Notes: generated by a model not told the origin, from the letters alone. Counted from the first letter of the stretch, positions 48,397-59,104 are shown. The stretch is DNA of 64,000 nucleotides from an uncultured Candidatus Saccharibacteria bacterium (GCA_964385105.1 CAYLMU010000002.1:122583-186582); one strand, 5' to 3'. Program-made: numbers and translations.

Positions 48397-49816
48397 GGAA
48401 ATTGTATTATTGTTTTTGCTTTTTGTTATAACTGTAATTCTACGATTTTCTCAGCTGGGTTATTCACACTATTATGGTGACGAAACAAAAGCGCTGTATT
48501 TAAGAAAAGATATATCAGCAACAGATTTTTTGTTTAATCAGCGAAAAGGCCCTGTTCAATTTTTGGTTGCATGGACAATGGAACAACTCACCGGTGGTTA
48601 CAACGAACTTACTACCAGATTACCTTTTGCACTCGCGGGAACAATATCGGTATTTGTAGTTTATTTGTTGGCAAAAAAGCTATACGGTCGAAAAGTCGCG
48701 TTTTTTTCTGCTTTTTTGTTTAGTTTAAACGGCTTTTTTATAGCATTTAGCCGAACCGTACAGTACCAAAGCTTTTTGTGGCTTTTTGGCTTACTGGCTA
48801 TTTACGTCGTTCTTATTGCCTTAGACCAAACTTCAACCAAAACCAAAAATATTTATTTAAGTGTTTCGGGAGCCTTGTTAGGTCTTGCTTTTTTATCTCA
48901 CTGGGATGCGGTATTTTACGCTATTCCTGTTGTTTTTTTAGTTACTCGTGCTTATTTAAATAAAAAAATCAAATTAACAGGCATAATGTACATTTTCATA
49001 CCCTTTTTTGCCATAGCCGCAATATTTTACATTCCATATTTTTTAAACGGCTTTTATGCGGTAAACTTTCACAACTACATTTTACGCAGGGCTTCTGGAA
49101 GCGACCAACTGCCCTCAAGAAGCGTATTTACATTTAACGTTTATAACCCCTATCTTGTAGGAACTTTGCTAATGACATATGCGGTATTTTCACTAAAAAA
49201 AGGTTTAACTTGGAAAAAATACTTTTTGTTTAGCTGGTTTATAGTTCCGTTTTTTGTGTTTGAGATTATTTTTTCAAATCCCGGAACTCATATTCAAAAT
49301 TACATAATTCCGTTAATTTTACTTGCAGCAGTAGGATTTTTTACGTTACATAATTACTTATTTTCAAAAAACAAAGCTCTTGGATTTTTAAATTTTTCGG
49401 TTATGGCTGTTTTGTTTGTAATGTACTTATTATTTCAAGCTCGATTATATGTTCCGGCACTTAATCAAGGAGAACCGTGGAATAGTATCGCACCTTTAAA
49501 AAATAAGTATCAAATGTTTTTGTATGGATTCCCATACAACCGAGGCTGGGATCAAATTAGAGAATATACAAAAGAAAAGAGTATAAGAAGTTTTGATACC
49601 AACGAGAATGTAGTAATTGGAGAATTTTACTTGCATGGTGTTCCGGCAACTAAACTTGTTGAACCGCAACAGTTACCTCATGCATATATATACATTTATA
49701 ATAATCAGGAAAATAAACATTTTAGCGAAGAAAAGCTTTTAGAATATTATGATGCTGAAATGGAATTTTTTGTTGATGGTGATTTGTCTGCAAGATTATA
49801 TAGGCTCAGAAAGTGA
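48374..49816 (+). CDS. GT-C glycosyltransferase (ArnT/PMT, family 39-like)
   Basis: GDE motif, TRLP.AL.G, many TMs. Confidence 0.8.
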   Translation: MNLSTKNKEIVLLFLLFVITVILRFSQLGYSHYYGDETKALYLRKDISATDFLFNQRKGPVQFLVAWTMEQLTGGYNELTTRLPFALAGTISVFVVYLLAKKLYGRKVAFFSAFLFSLNGFFIAFSRTVQYQSFLWLFGLLAIYVVLIALDQTSTKTKNIYLSVSGALLGLAFLSHWDAVFYAIPVVFLVTRAYLNKKIKLTGIMYIFIPFFAIAAIFYIPYFLNGFYAVNFHNYILRRASGSDQLPSRSVFTFNVYNPYLVGTLLMTYAVFSLKKGLTWKKYFLFSWFIVPFFVFEIIFSNPGTHIQNYIIPLILLAAVGFFTLHNYLFSKNKALGFLNFSVMAVLFVMYLLFQARLYVPALNQGEPWNSIAPLKNKYQMFLYGFPYNRGWDQIREYTKEKSIRSFDTNENVVIGEFYLHGVPATKLVEPQQLPHAYIYIYNNQENKHFSEEKLLEYYDAEMEFFVDGDLSARLYRLRK

Positions 49817-49822
49817 AAATTA

Positions 49823-49857
49823 GGATGCGCCCACTCAAAAATTTTATGAGCGCATCC
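49823..49857. terminator. Hairpin between converging genes
   Basis: GGATGCGC...GCGCATCC. Confidence 0.5.
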
Positions 49858-49866
49858 ACAATCGTA

Positions 49867-49965
49867 TTACTCCCCCGTTCCCCACGGTCCGTTGGGGTCG
49901 TTTTCTTCGCCGGTGCCCCAGGGGCCATTGGGATCGTTTTCGTCTGTTTCGTATGGGTCAAACAT
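49867..49965 (-). CDS. 32-aa peptide with tandem ENDPNGPWGTGE repeat
   Basis: AGGAG SD; the two repeat copies differ at 8 positions, all synonymous. Confidence 0.7.
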   Translation of the reverse strand: MFDPYETDENDPNGPWGTGEENDPNGPWGTGE

Positions 49966-49970
49966 CTCAC

Positions 49971-50138
49971 TTAACTCCTATTGTTTTTACAGATACGGCA
50001 GTTACAGTGGTAACCTATATCTGCTCGTGGACAAATCGGTTCATACTTTATTTGTTTTTCTTTCGGTTTCTGATTTTTAGAGTCACTACCAAAGTTCAAT
50101 TCCAATTGTACCGCATTACTTTGTTTTCTCTTTTTCAT
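49971..50138 (-). CDS. 55-aa small protein with QLELNF motif and Cys/His cluster
   Basis: AGGAG SD; MKKRKQSNAVQLELNFG...CPRADIGYHCNCRIC. Confidence 0.6.
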   Translation of the reverse strand: MKKRKQSNAVQLELNFGSDSKNQKPKEKQIKYEPICPRADIGYHCNCRICKNNRS

Positions 50139-50233
50139 CCTACACTCCTTTATTATTTTGTATATTTTACCATGGAAAATCAGTAGAACAAAACGCTATA
50201 GGTCAATGAAAGTGCAAGATTAAAAAAATTTAA

Positions 50234-51163
50234 CTACACCTTATTTCTTCTTCTCGCTTTTTTTATTGCAAAATAAACCAAAACAAGCGGAATCCATATC
50301 ACTGAAAACACTCCAAGCCAAATAATTGCCGAGCCAATACTTTGCATCACACCAATTAATGCTCTTACAGCCAGCTTAAATACAACCTCAGGTCTCCATG
50401 TGTCTTCAGGAGTATAAGGCAGTGCAAGTTCATCCGTTGATAAATAAACTGTAATTAAAGTTGATTGTGATGTTGATTCTAAATAATTTCTTCTTCCAAC
50501 TAATATATCAATTTCATCATCAACCCTAAAAATATATTGCTGAACTTTTAAAATTTCGTCCACATCTGTTGCACTCGCCATAATTTCCTGGTATCGGGCT
50601 TTTGTTTGTTGCAATGTAGCAAGCCTGCCTTCAATATCCATATATTCATCTGTAACATCATTTGAATCAATATTTTCTGAAATTACTTTAATGCCGACTT
50701 CGCGTAAAAATTGCAACATGCTTTCTCTGTTTTCCAAAGGTACTCTAAATGTCACACTTCCTGTTCCGCCCTCTGTTGGAGTACGAACATTTGAATTTAC
50801 CACATATCCATTAAGACTTTGCACATGCTGTTGAATTGAAGTTGTTGCTTCTCTAACATCAAGAACCAATATTGAAAGTCTTGATGAAGTCACGGTCATT
50901 CTATTATTTTCATTTAGTTGTGGTGTCGGGTTATATCCAGAAGAAGGGTTTGATACTCTTGGGCTTCCCATTGATGTGGGAGTACCTAATTCCACCGTAG
51001 ATGGTTCTGCATATCGCACGGAATCACTTACACCATAATTCATGTCAACCATTTGAGTACCCAAAAGCGTAAAAACAGATTGTTTTGCCACAAAATAAAT
51101 TACGGCTATGAGTAAAATAGTTGTGATTTTATTATTACTAATCCAGCTCTTAATTCTGTTCAT
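50234..51163 (-). CDS. DUF4349 family membrane protein
   Basis: [18 protein letters not shown]-terminal TM. Confidence 0.8.
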   Translation of the reverse strand: MNRIKSWISNNKITTILLIAVIYFVAKQSVFTLLGTQMVDMNYGVSDSVRYAEPSTVELGTPTSMGSPRVSNPSSGYNPTPQLNENNRMTVTSSRLSILVLDVREATTSIQQHVQSLNGYVVNSNVRTPTEGGTGSVTFRVPLENRESMLQFLREVGIKVISENIDSNDVTDEYMDIEGRLATLQQTKARYQEIMASATDVDEILKVQQYIFRVDDEIDILVGRRNYLESTSQSTLITVYLSTDELALPYTPEDTWRPEVVFKLAVRALIGVMQSIGSAIIWLGVFSVIWIPLVLVYFAIKKARRRNKV

Positions 51164-51767
51164 TTAGTGCAGCCATAAGGCTTTCTTCTACCTTATTCCA
51201 GTTTACAACGTTCCACCAGTTTTGTATATATTCAGGTCTTTTATTTTGGTATTTTAAGTAATAAGCATGTTCCCATACATCTAATCCTAAAATAGGCGTC
51301 ATTCCCTCCATCACAGGATTATCCTGGTTAGGGGTTGAGGTTACTTTTAGTTCACCATTATCTATTACAAGCCATGCCCATCCGCTGCCAAATCTTCCGG
51401 CTGCTTCAGCTGCAAATTTGGATTTAAAGTCGTCTAGACTGCCAAAAGGCTCAGATAGCATTTGTTCAAGGGTAGGTGACGGTTTAATCTCACCGGGTGA
51501 CATAAGTTGCCAAAACAATGAGTGATTGTAATGACCTCCTCCATTATTTCTAACCGCATCTCTTTTATCTTCAGAAACTTTTTCAAGGTCACTTAAAATT
51601 TCCAAAATTGTTAAATTTTGCAATTCTTCACTTCCTTCAAGCGCTTCGTTTAATTTATTTACATAGGCCTGGTGATGCTTTGTATAGTGAATTTCCATTG
51701 TTTGGGCATCTATATATGGTTCAAGAGCAGAAAATTCGTAAGGTAGTTCGGGTAATTGATATGCCAT
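51150..51767 (-). CDS. sodA: Fe/Mn superoxide dismutase
   Basis: [25 protein letters not shown]. Confidence 0.93.
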   Translation of the reverse strand: MAYQLPELPYEFSALEPYIDAQTMEIHYTKHHQAYVNKLNEALEGSEELQNLTILEILSDLEKVSEDKRDAVRNNGGGHYNHSLFWQLMSPGEIKPSPTLEQMLSEPFGSLDDFKSKFAAEAAGRFGSGWAWLVIDNGELKVTSTPNQDNPVMEGMTPILGLDVWEHAYYLKYQNKRPEYIQNWWNVVNWNKVEESLMAALNEQN

Positions 51768-51933
51768 TTAGTCTCCTTATTAATTTGCTACTGTGTTTAG
51801 TTTAGCACATGTAATTTGTAATTGTTGTTATGAACTTTTAGGGTCAAAAGAAATCAACTATCCGCTAAGTATTTTTATCGACCCGCAGGTATATTTGTAC
51901 AAAAAGAAATAATCAGTGTGATACCATGTAAAA

Positions 51934-52689
51934 ATGAATAAAATCGAGTATTCGGTAATGAATGAATTTGAAAAAAATTACTGGTGGCATCAGGGAAAAA
52001 AGTTTCTTGTTAATGAGCTTGTAAAAAAATATGGCAGCAATATTAAAAACGAAGACGGTTTAAGAATTCTTGAAATAGGATGTGGTACAGGTGAAATCAC
52101 TGAAAGTTTGCAAAAGTATGGCAATGTCACAGGAATAGACATGTCAAATGAGGCTGCAGATTTTTGCCGTGAACGAGGGCTTGAAAATATTATTGTTGCA
52201 GATATAAACACAATAAACATTGATTCACTTGAAAAATATGACTTGGTTTTGGCATTAGATGTGCTGGAACACATTCAAGATGATATCGAAGCAATAAAAC
52301 GTGTTGGCAAACTTTTGTCACAAGACGGATATTTTATAATAAACGTACCTGCATACAAGTTTTTATGGAGCGAGCATGACGAAGCCCTTCAACATAAACG
52401 CAGATATTCAACTTATGAAATTAAACGAAAGCTTGAAGATAACGGGTTTGAAATTGTTAAAATGTCATATTTTGTATTTGCTGCATTTCCGTTTATAGCA
52501 ATGTTTAAATTTTTGAAAAGTGTTTTTGGCAGGTCAGCCTATCCTAAAACCTCTTATATTCAAATTCCTAACTTTGTAAATAAGATAATGACCAAAGTGC
52601 TTGAAACAGAAGCACATTTATTAAATTACACATATTTGCCATTTGGAACTACAATTACCTTAGTTGCAAAAAAAGCTGATGTTGATTAA
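51934..52689 (+). CDS. Class I SAM-dependent methyltransferase
   Basis: LEIGCGTG, LDVLEHI, VPAY..LWS.HD...HKRRY. Confidence 0.9.
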   Translation: MNKIEYSVMNEFEKNYWWHQGKKFLVNELVKKYGSNIKNEDGLRILEIGCGTGEITESLQKYGNVTGIDMSNEAADFCRERGLENIIVADINTINIDSLEKYDLVLALDVLEHIQDDIEAIKRVGKLLSQDGYFIINVPAYKFLWSEHDEALQHKRRYSTYEIKRKLEDNGFEIVKMSYFVFAAFPFIAMFKFLKSVFGRSAYPKTSYIQIPNFVNKIMTKVLETEAHLLNYTYLPFGTTITLVAKKADVD

Positions 52690-54160
52690 AAAAGGTCACC
52701 TAATATCTTCACGTATTTTTATCTTTTTTTTATTACTTTTTCTATTGGTGAGACTGCCCGGATTAGGATACGATATATCAAACTCTGACGCTGCAAGGTG
52801 GCACAGAAGGTCTGAAAACTTTTTGACAGCACTTAAACAAAAAGATTTTAAAAGTACATATCAGCACTATCAGCCGGGAGTTACGCTTATGTGGCTTAAT
52901 TCGTTTGTAAAGCAATCAGCTTTTTGGTTTCAACTACAATACACAGATAATCCCAAAACTTTAGAAAATGCAGATTATTACCCAATAATTCATATGATTT
53001 CAAAAGCAACTCTTGTTATTGTTTTAGGTGCTTTGTTTTTTTCACAGCTCAATTTAATTGCTAAATTGTTTTCACACAATACTGCTTATTTTTATGGCAC
53101 ATTTATAATATTTGAACCATATCTAGTCGGAAGCGACCGGTGGTTTCATTTAACTTCACTGGAATCTATGTTTGGATTTACTTCGTTTTTGTTTTTTTTG
53201 TTATGGCACAAAACGTATAGACGCGGTTTTATTATATTTTCATCCGTTTTATTTGTTTTAGCAGTATATTCAAAAATTTCAGCTCTTTTAATATTGCCTG
53301 TTATAGCATTTGTTCATATGTATTATGCTCAAAAAGAACAAAAACTGTATTTAAGAGAGTTTTTATTATTTGTTGGTACTGCTCAGTTTTTCTTTATTTT
53401 ATTATTTCCAGCAATCTGGATAGCTCCTGTTGAAGTTGTTAAAAACTTATTTTTTGCTATCGGGTCTGCTGTTGAAGGCGATTCTCTTGGAAACTATGTT
53501 ACAGGGTATTATGGCCTGTTTTATACATTAGTACTGTTATTTAAATTTTCACCCGTCTTGTTAATTTTTATGATTTTTGGTTCACTAAAGCACAAAAGAG
53601 AAAATATCAACAAAAACACTAAATTTGTGGTTTTATACTTTTTTACATTTTTAATTGCTTTAAGTGCTGCAGACAAAAAAATTGATAGATATGCAATTAC
53701 CTTGTTTCCACCACTTATTTTGCTTACTTCTGAATCTTTGTCCAAAATCCCCAATTTTAATAAACTCATTGTTTTTGTATTTTCAGCTTTATTTTTTGTT
53801 TTTGTCACGTATGTTTACTTTCCGGTGTATTCAGCCTATTACTCTCCCCTTTTCGGAAAAAACAGTATGAAAATTGCACAAAAGTTAAACGTTTATGATA
53901 ATAGCGGAGAATACTATGCTCAGGCTGCTTTTTATTTAAATACAAAAAGCAGGGACACAAATGTTTGGGTTCCGCATAATATTGATTCGTTTAGATATTT
54001 TTATAAAGGTAACTTTAGCCCAATAAAATCTGAAAGTACTGATTTTGCAGTTACATCAATTGATCATTTTGACGAAATTTTTTCAATTTGTGGTGAAGTA
54101 GACAAAAGTTTTGGTTCTAAGCTTAGTGATGTAGTTTATGTTTTTAAGTGCAGGTATTAA
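52679..54160 (+). CDS. GT-C glycosyltransferase-like membrane protein
   Basis: NSD..W..RS..F, PGVTLMW, K.DRY; many TMs. Confidence 0.7.
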   Translation: MLIKKGHLISSRIFIFFLLLFLLVRLPGLGYDISNSDAARWHRRSENFLTALKQKDFKSTYQHYQPGVTLMWLNSFVKQSAFWFQLQYTDNPKTLENADYYPIIHMISKATLVIVLGALFFSQLNLIAKLFSHNTAYFYGTFIIFEPYLVGSDRWFHLTSLESMFGFTSFLFFLLWHKTYRRGFIIFSSVLFVLAVYSKISALLILPVIAFVHMYYAQKEQKLYLREFLLFVGTAQFFFILLFPAIWIAPVEVVKNLFFAIGSAVEGDSLGNYVTGYYGLFYTLVLLFKFSPVLLIFMIFGSLKHKRENINKNTKFVVLYFFTFLIALSAADKKIDRYAITLFPPLILLTSESLSKIPNFNKLIVFVFSALFFVFVTYVYFPVYSAYYSPLFGKNSMKIAQKLNVYDNSGEYYAQAAFYLNTKSRDTNVWVPHNIDSFRYFYKGNFSPIKSESTDFAVTSIDHFDEIFSICGEVDKSFGSKLSDVVYVFKCRY

Positions 54161-54170
54161 AATATATTAA

Positions 54171-55076
54171 ATGACAAAAGTATCGGTCATAATACCTAAC
54201 TACAATACCAAAGACATTTTGCACGAGTGTCTTCAAAATTTATTTTCTATAGGAAAAAATCTAAAAGAAATAACATTTGAAATTATAGTTGTTGATATTG
54301 CATCTGTTGACGGTTCAGTTGAAATGGTTGAGCAAGAGTTTAAAGATGTGATTTTAATTGCAAGCTCCGAAAATAAAGGTTTAGCATACGCAAATAATCT
54401 GGGGCTTGAAAAATCCACATCAAACTATTTACTTTATTTAGGCACGGATGCATTTCCCTCGGAGGAAACCATTGAAGGTATGGTTTCTTACATGGAGAAA
54501 AACCCTAATGTTGGTATTTCTACACCTAAACTACTGCTTAGATCGGGTTTGCCTGACATGGATGCTCATCGCGGATTTCCCACACCTTGGGCGTCATTTA
54601 CGCATTTCACTAAGTTAAATAAGCTATTTCCAAAATCAAAAATCTTTAATAAATATTTTCTCGGATGGGAAAGTCTTCATACACCACATGAAATAGATTT
54701 ATGCATCTCACATTTTATGCTTATTCAAAAAAAAGTATTTGAAAAAATAGGAAAATGGGATGAAGATTTTTTTGTTTTTGGTGAGGATGTTGATTTATGT
54801 TACAGAACAAAAAAAGCAGGATTCAAAATTATGTATTTAGGCCAGTTTACTGCTTTACACTATAAAGGAGTGAGTGTTGGCAGAAAAGAAAGTTCAGATA
54901 TAAAAACAATTTCAAACCAGTCAAGTCAAACACGTAAACGAATGCGCAGCGAAACTACCCGAGCCATGAGACTTTTTTACAACAAACATTACAAAGATAA
55001 ATACCATCCCCTTGTTACTGCTGCAACACTAGCTGCCGTATCGCTTCTTGAAAGAATACGAAATTTACGAGTTTAA
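54171..55076 (+). CDS. Glycosyltransferase family 2 (WbbL-like)
   Basis: VSVIIPNYN, WDEDFFVFGEDVDLC. Confidence 0.9.
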   Translation: MTKVSVIIPNYNTKDILHECLQNLFSIGKNLKEITFEIIVVDIASVDGSVEMVEQEFKDVILIASSENKGLAYANNLGLEKSTSNYLLYLGTDAFPSEETIEGMVSYMEKNPNVGISTPKLLLRSGLPDMDAHRGFPTPWASFTHFTKLNKLFPKSKIFNKYFLGWESLHTPHEIDLCISHFMLIQKKVFEKIGKWDEDFFVFGEDVDLCYRTKKAGFKIMYLGQFTALHYKGVSVGRKESSDIKTISNQSSQTRKRMRSETTRAMRLFYNKHYKDKYHPLVTAATLAAVSLLERIRNLRV

Positions 55077-55124
55077 ACTCAAGCAACTAGTGTGCTTTAT
55101 GTGTTAAACTCAATAATTGAGGTT

Positions 55125-55640
55125 ATGAAAAACTTGAGTAAAAAGCTATTAAACGATAAACCGGTATTATTACTGTTAATTTTGTCTGTATTTGGATTAT
55201 TTTTATCTTTATTTTTGGCTTATGAGTATTCTCAACCCCGACCCGTAACCTGTCTTCAAGCTTCAGATGACTGTGAATCTGTCAGAAATAGTGAGTATGC
55301 TGTTTTATTGGGAGTATCAGTTCCTTTTTGGGGAGTGTTGTACTTTATGTTTGTTGCTGTTTATTTATTAGCTATAAAAGGTTTGGACTTGCATGAAAAA
55401 CATCACTATTCATTAATAATACCAATGTCACTTGCCTTTATCTTTGAATCTTATTTAACCTATGTGCAATTTGTGATTATAAACGCTATTTGTACCTGGT
55501 GTCTTATAGTTGAAGCAATTGTGACTATTATGTTTATAATTTACCTTGTTACATTAAATAAGCCGCAAAGTTCAAATGAACAAAATACCGATGAGGCAGA
55601 AATTGCTCCTGCCCCATCAAATATATCATCAAACATCTAA
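55125..55640 (+). CDS. Vitamin K epoxide reductase (VKOR) family protein
   Basis: C.....C..V..S.YA and CTWC. Confidence 0.88.
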   Translation: MKNLSKKLLNDKPVLLLLILSVFGLFLSLFLAYEYSQPRPVTCLQASDDCESVRNSEYAVLLGVSVPFWGVLYFMFVAVYLLAIKGLDLHEKHHYSLIIPMSLAFIFESYLTYVQFVIINAICTWCLIVEAIVTIMFIIYLVTLNKPQSSNEQNTDEAEIAPAPSNISSNI

Positions 55641-56155
55641 GTAATAATCATATCAGTAATTACATGTTCAGCATTGTTTTCATCCATTAGTTGTTCTATG
55701 TCATTACCGTCATTTTTTGCATTAACTGCTATCATTACTGCTCCCTCTTCAATTCTCTCCTGATACATTTGTGCTGTAGCTTCATCTACGCCTAATTCTT
55801 TCAAAGCTCCGATTATACCTCCGGCAAGAGCTCCTGTGACTGCACCTGTTGCTGTTGTACCAACTATACCGCTTAATCCTAAGGCCGTTGCAATTGGCCC
55901 TGAAACAAATAAAGCACCAATTCCTGGTAAAGTAAGTGCGCCTACCCCCGCCAATAAACCTAATACTCCGCCAATAACACCTCCGGTTGCAGCTGCATCT
56001 GCAACTCCTTCGGTTGCATCATTTTCAATTTGAACGGCGTCTTCCTGTGTAATAATAGATACCTCATCAGCTGTGTAACCCCTACTTTCAATATCTGCTA
56101 AAAAATTGTTAGCATCAGTTACACTGTCAAATAATCCTGCTATAACATTTGCCAT
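55637..56155 (-). CDS. General stress protein with glycine zipper
   Basis: GGVIGGVLGLLAG.G...LPGIG...GP; AAGGAG SD. Confidence 0.8.
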   Translation of the reverse strand: MANVIAGLFDSVTDANNFLADIESRGYTADEVSIITQEDAVQIENDATEGVADAAATGGVIGGVLGLLAGVGALTLPGIGALFVSGPIATALGLSGIVGTTATGAVTGALAGGIIGALKELGVDEATAQMYQERIEEGAVMIAVNAKNDGNDIEQLMDENNAEHVITDMIIT

Positions 56156-56254
56156 AATAGCTCCTTTCAAAATTTTAAGTTTATACTAATTTTCATAGTA
56201 ATAATCCTGCTTAAGTGTGAAGTTATAAAACTGTTAGAGGTTAATAAGAAAAGT

Positions 56255-57427
56255 TTACTGGCCAATTATATAAAGTTCTTCTTTTGCACGTGTTACAGCG
56301 GTATAAAGCCATCTTTTCCAATTCTCATCATCCATTTTAGAAAATCTTTCTTCAAAAACTATAACTTTTTTTGCTTCGCTACCTTGAGCCTTGTGAACTG
56401 TCAATGCGTACCCAAAATCAAAAATATCATTTTCACCTAAGACTTTTCTATTTTTTGTAAAATTAATGGGCTCAAGGCTATTAAATTGTTGCTTGTAGAT
56501 ATTGCCTTTGTAAAGTGAGCCGCCTTCCATTGTAATTTCACTTGAATACCATTCATCATCTATCGGGTAAATTTTATCAATTGTTCCCAGCATCCCATTA
56601 AAAACCTGCTTATCATGATTGTTTCTTAAGCAAATAACCCGGTCTTTTGCTCCCGGTTCAGGCTCCTCAAATCCAAGTAAATTTCTTATTGTGTTATTAA
56701 GTTTTACTCTTGTTTGATTGTAACCGCATAATATTAGGGTTTCACTATCAAAGCGGTTTAACAGGTTTTCTGTTTTTTCATAAGCATCAAGGCTTTCTGC
56801 TTGTGAAATTTTTGCAACTTTTTTTCCATATTCACCAGCAGGTATTTCACCCGTCTCTCGTGCCATAATTGAGAGCTTAATAATGGGGTTTTCTGCCATC
56901 TGACGGTGTATAGTTTCAAGTTTGAGAATGGGTTCTTTCATTAAATTAAAATTTCCTTCTATTGGAGGTAGCTGTCCATGATCACCAACTGCAATTATAG
57001 GAATTTTATAAGAAACTAAGTCATACCAAATTTGCGCGTCTACCATAGACGCCTCATCAACAATAATTAAGTTTGCTTTAATTTCATCTTTTCGTGACCA
57101 GCCAATTATTTCATGATCCGAACTTTCTATAGGAGAATAAATTAACGAATGTATAGTTCCGACAGTATCGCCTTTATACACAGCCCCCAATTGTTCAAGT
57201 TTGTTTTTTAAAACTAATGAACCTTTTCCGGTATAGCTGCAGAATGCTACCTTTAAAGTTTTATCAACATCATTTTTATATAAAATTTTTCTAAATAATG
57301 AAATTAAAGTTGTTTTTCCGGTACCGGCATACCCCCCTAATGTTATATATGGCGAGCTCTTGAATTGATGCCACTTATATAAATGCTCCAATACAGCTCG
57401 TTGGTCAGGCGTTAGTTCTAAATTCAT
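56255..57427 (-). CDS. RecD/Dda-like SF1B DNA helicase
   Basis: GYAGTGKT, VDEASM, GD..QLPP, TVHKAQGSE, YTAVTRA. Confidence 0.9.
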   Translation of the reverse strand: MNLELTPDQRAVLEHLYKWHQFKSSPYITLGGYAGTGKTTLISLFRKILYKNDVDKTLKVAFCSYTGKGSLVLKNKLEQLGAVYKGDTVGTIHSLIYSPIESSDHEIIGWSRKDEIKANLIIVDEASMVDAQIWYDLVSYKIPIIAVGDHGQLPPIEGNFNLMKEPILKLETIHRQMAENPIIKLSIMARETGEIPAGEYGKKVAKISQAESLDAYEKTENLLNRFDSETLILCGYNQTRVKLNNTIRNLLGFEEPEPGAKDRVICLRNNHDKQVFNGMLGTIDKIYPIDDEWYSSEITMEGGSLYKGNIYKQQFNSLEPINFTKNRKVLGENDIFDFGYALTVHKAQGSEAKKVIVFEERFSKMDDENWKRWLYTAVTRAKEELYIIGQ

Positions 57428-57453
57428 AACAAAGCTAGAATATCACAAAAAGT

Positions 57454-57744
57454 TTAAAATTTTTGAATGTTTGAGAATATAAAAAATGCGGTAAATTGTA
57501 TAATTCCAATTCCAATAGTTAAGGGCATTAAGTTAAATACGCGATGAACGGTAAATAACCCAATACACAGAACAATCAAAAATGCAATTTTTACAGGCCA
57601 TGTTTTTTTTAAATATTGAACACTGCCTAGTGAATAATACGCAGCTCCTGCTAATATTAATGTAAGAAAAAAGCCTAAAGGTCCAAGTTTAAATAATATA
57701 ACTCCAAGATTAATAAGCAGCACAACCACAAGTAATTGATTCAT
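57454..57744 (-). CDS. Small membrane protein
   Basis: Entirely hydrophobic, 96 aa. Confidence 0.6.
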   Translation of the reverse strand: MNQLLVVVLLINLGVILFKLGPLGFFLTLILAGAAYYSLGSVQYLKKTWPVKIAFLIVLCIGLFTVHRVFNLMPLTIGIGIIQFTAFFIFSNIQKF

Positions 57745-57794
57745 ACTTAAAGATTATCATTTGTAATACTATTTTTCTATATTAAGATTAAGTT

Positions 57795-58610
57795 ATGAGG
57801 TCTCTGCGTTTAAATATTCACTCCGAAATGCCTATTGTAGGATTAGGTACATGGCAATTAAAAGGAAAAAGCTGCCAAAATGCTGTATCTTACGCTTTAG
57901 AAATCGGGTACAGGCATATTGATACAGCCGACGTATATGAAAATCACAACGACATTGGTATAGCAATTAATAATAGCGATGTTCCTCGTGATAAGGTTTT
58001 TATAACCACAAAAGTATGGAGGAGTGATTTAAGGCCAAATACTGCAAAAGAATCAGCTTACAGGTTTTTGGAAGAGCTTGATACTTCCTACATTGATTTA
58101 CTGCTTATTCACTGGCCAAACAAAAGTATTCCAATAAGCGATACTTTAAGCGCTTTTAACGAATTACAGCATGAGGGGGTAATTAGAGCTATTGGTGTTT
58201 CAAACTTCACAATAAGTCATTTAAAAGAAGCTTTAAATACAGGAATTGAAATTGTGAATAATCAGGTTGAGTTTCACCCGACTTTATATCAAAAAGAACT
58301 AAAAGAATTTTGTGATGAAAATAATATCGTACTCACTGCATATTCACCCATTGGTCAGGGTAGAGACTTAAAACTGGATATAATTAAAGATTTGGCCGAC
58401 AAATACAATAAGCTACCTTCGCAAATAGTTTTAAAATGGATTATTTCTAAGAATATAGCTGTAATACCCCGCTCAGGTAATCATGATCATATAAAGCAAA
58501 ATATTGAGCTGTTTGACTGGGAAATCGCCCCGGAAGATTTAAATGAAATTGATAATCTGCATAAAAACAACCGCTTATTTTCACCTCATTACAATGAGTT
58601 TAAGTTTTAA
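57795..58610 (+). CDS. Aldo/keto reductase
   Basis: GLGTW, HIDTA..Y, LLIHWP, IGVSNF. Confidence 0.95.
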   Translation: MRSLRLNIHSEMPIVGLGTWQLKGKSCQNAVSYALEIGYRHIDTADVYENHNDIGIAINNSDVPRDKVFITTKVWRSDLRPNTAKESAYRFLEELDTSYIDLLLIHWPNKSIPISDTLSAFNELQHEGVIRAIGVSNFTISHLKEALNTGIEIVNNQVEFHPTLYQKELKEFCDENNIVLTAYSPIGQGRDLKLDIIKDLADKYNKLPSQIVLKWIISKNIAVIPRSGNHDHIKQNIELFDWEIAPEDLNEIDNLHKNNRLFSPHYNEFKF

Positions 58611-58615
58611 TTATT

Positions 58616-58640
58616 AAAAACCCCGCTTAGATGCGGGGTC
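58616..58640. terminator. Terminator between converging AKR and hsp20
   Basis: ACCCCGC-6nt-GCGGGGT with a flanking A-run. Confidence 0.65.
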
Positions 58641-58654
58641 GCTTAAAAAATTAT

Positions 58655-59077
58655 TTACTCTTGGCTTACATTTATTCTTTTTGGTTGTGCTTTTTCGGAT
58701 TTAGGGAAAACTACCGTCATTACGCCGTTTTTGCATTTAGCAGTAGGCTCATTGTTTTCGTCAATATCTCCGGGAAGAGCAACATTATATGAAAAACTAC
58801 GTGCCGCTCTTCTATAATATTTTTTACTTTCATCTTCTTCTTTTGTTTTTGATTCACCTCTAATCCATAGTCTGCCTTTGTCCACTGTAACCTCTACATC
58901 AGACGGATCAACACCTGGAATAGCTGCTTCTACATAAACATTATTTTCGTCCTCGTAAACTGAAAGGCCGCTTTGCGAGCCAAAAGTAATTAAATTATCC
59001 TCTTCGTCATTCCAGATTGAAGGTGATCTGAATGACGGAAATTGCCAAAAAGTACTTGGAATTAAATCAAAAGCCAT
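58655..59077 (-). CDS. Hsp20/alpha-crystallin small heat shock protein
   Basis: A.IPGVD..D..V, A..KNGV..V..PK; AGGAGG SD. Confidence 0.92.
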   Translation of the reverse strand: MAFDLIPSTFWQFPSFRSPSIWNDEEDNLITFGSQSGLSVYEDENNVYVEAAIPGVDPSDVEVTVDKGRLWIRGESKTKEEDESKKYYRRAARSFSYNVALPGDIDENNEPTAKCKNGVMTVVFPKSEKAQPKRINVSQE

Positions 59078-59104
59078 AATTTCCTCCTAATAAACTTTAT
59101 ACTT

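Noticed and set aside
49892-50186. Plus-strand ORFs of 62 and 77 aa
   Set aside because: Shadows of the two SD-led minus-strand small ORFs
56255-57427. Prophage signal from the Dda/RecD-like helicase
   Set aside because: No phage structural, integrase or replication genes nearby
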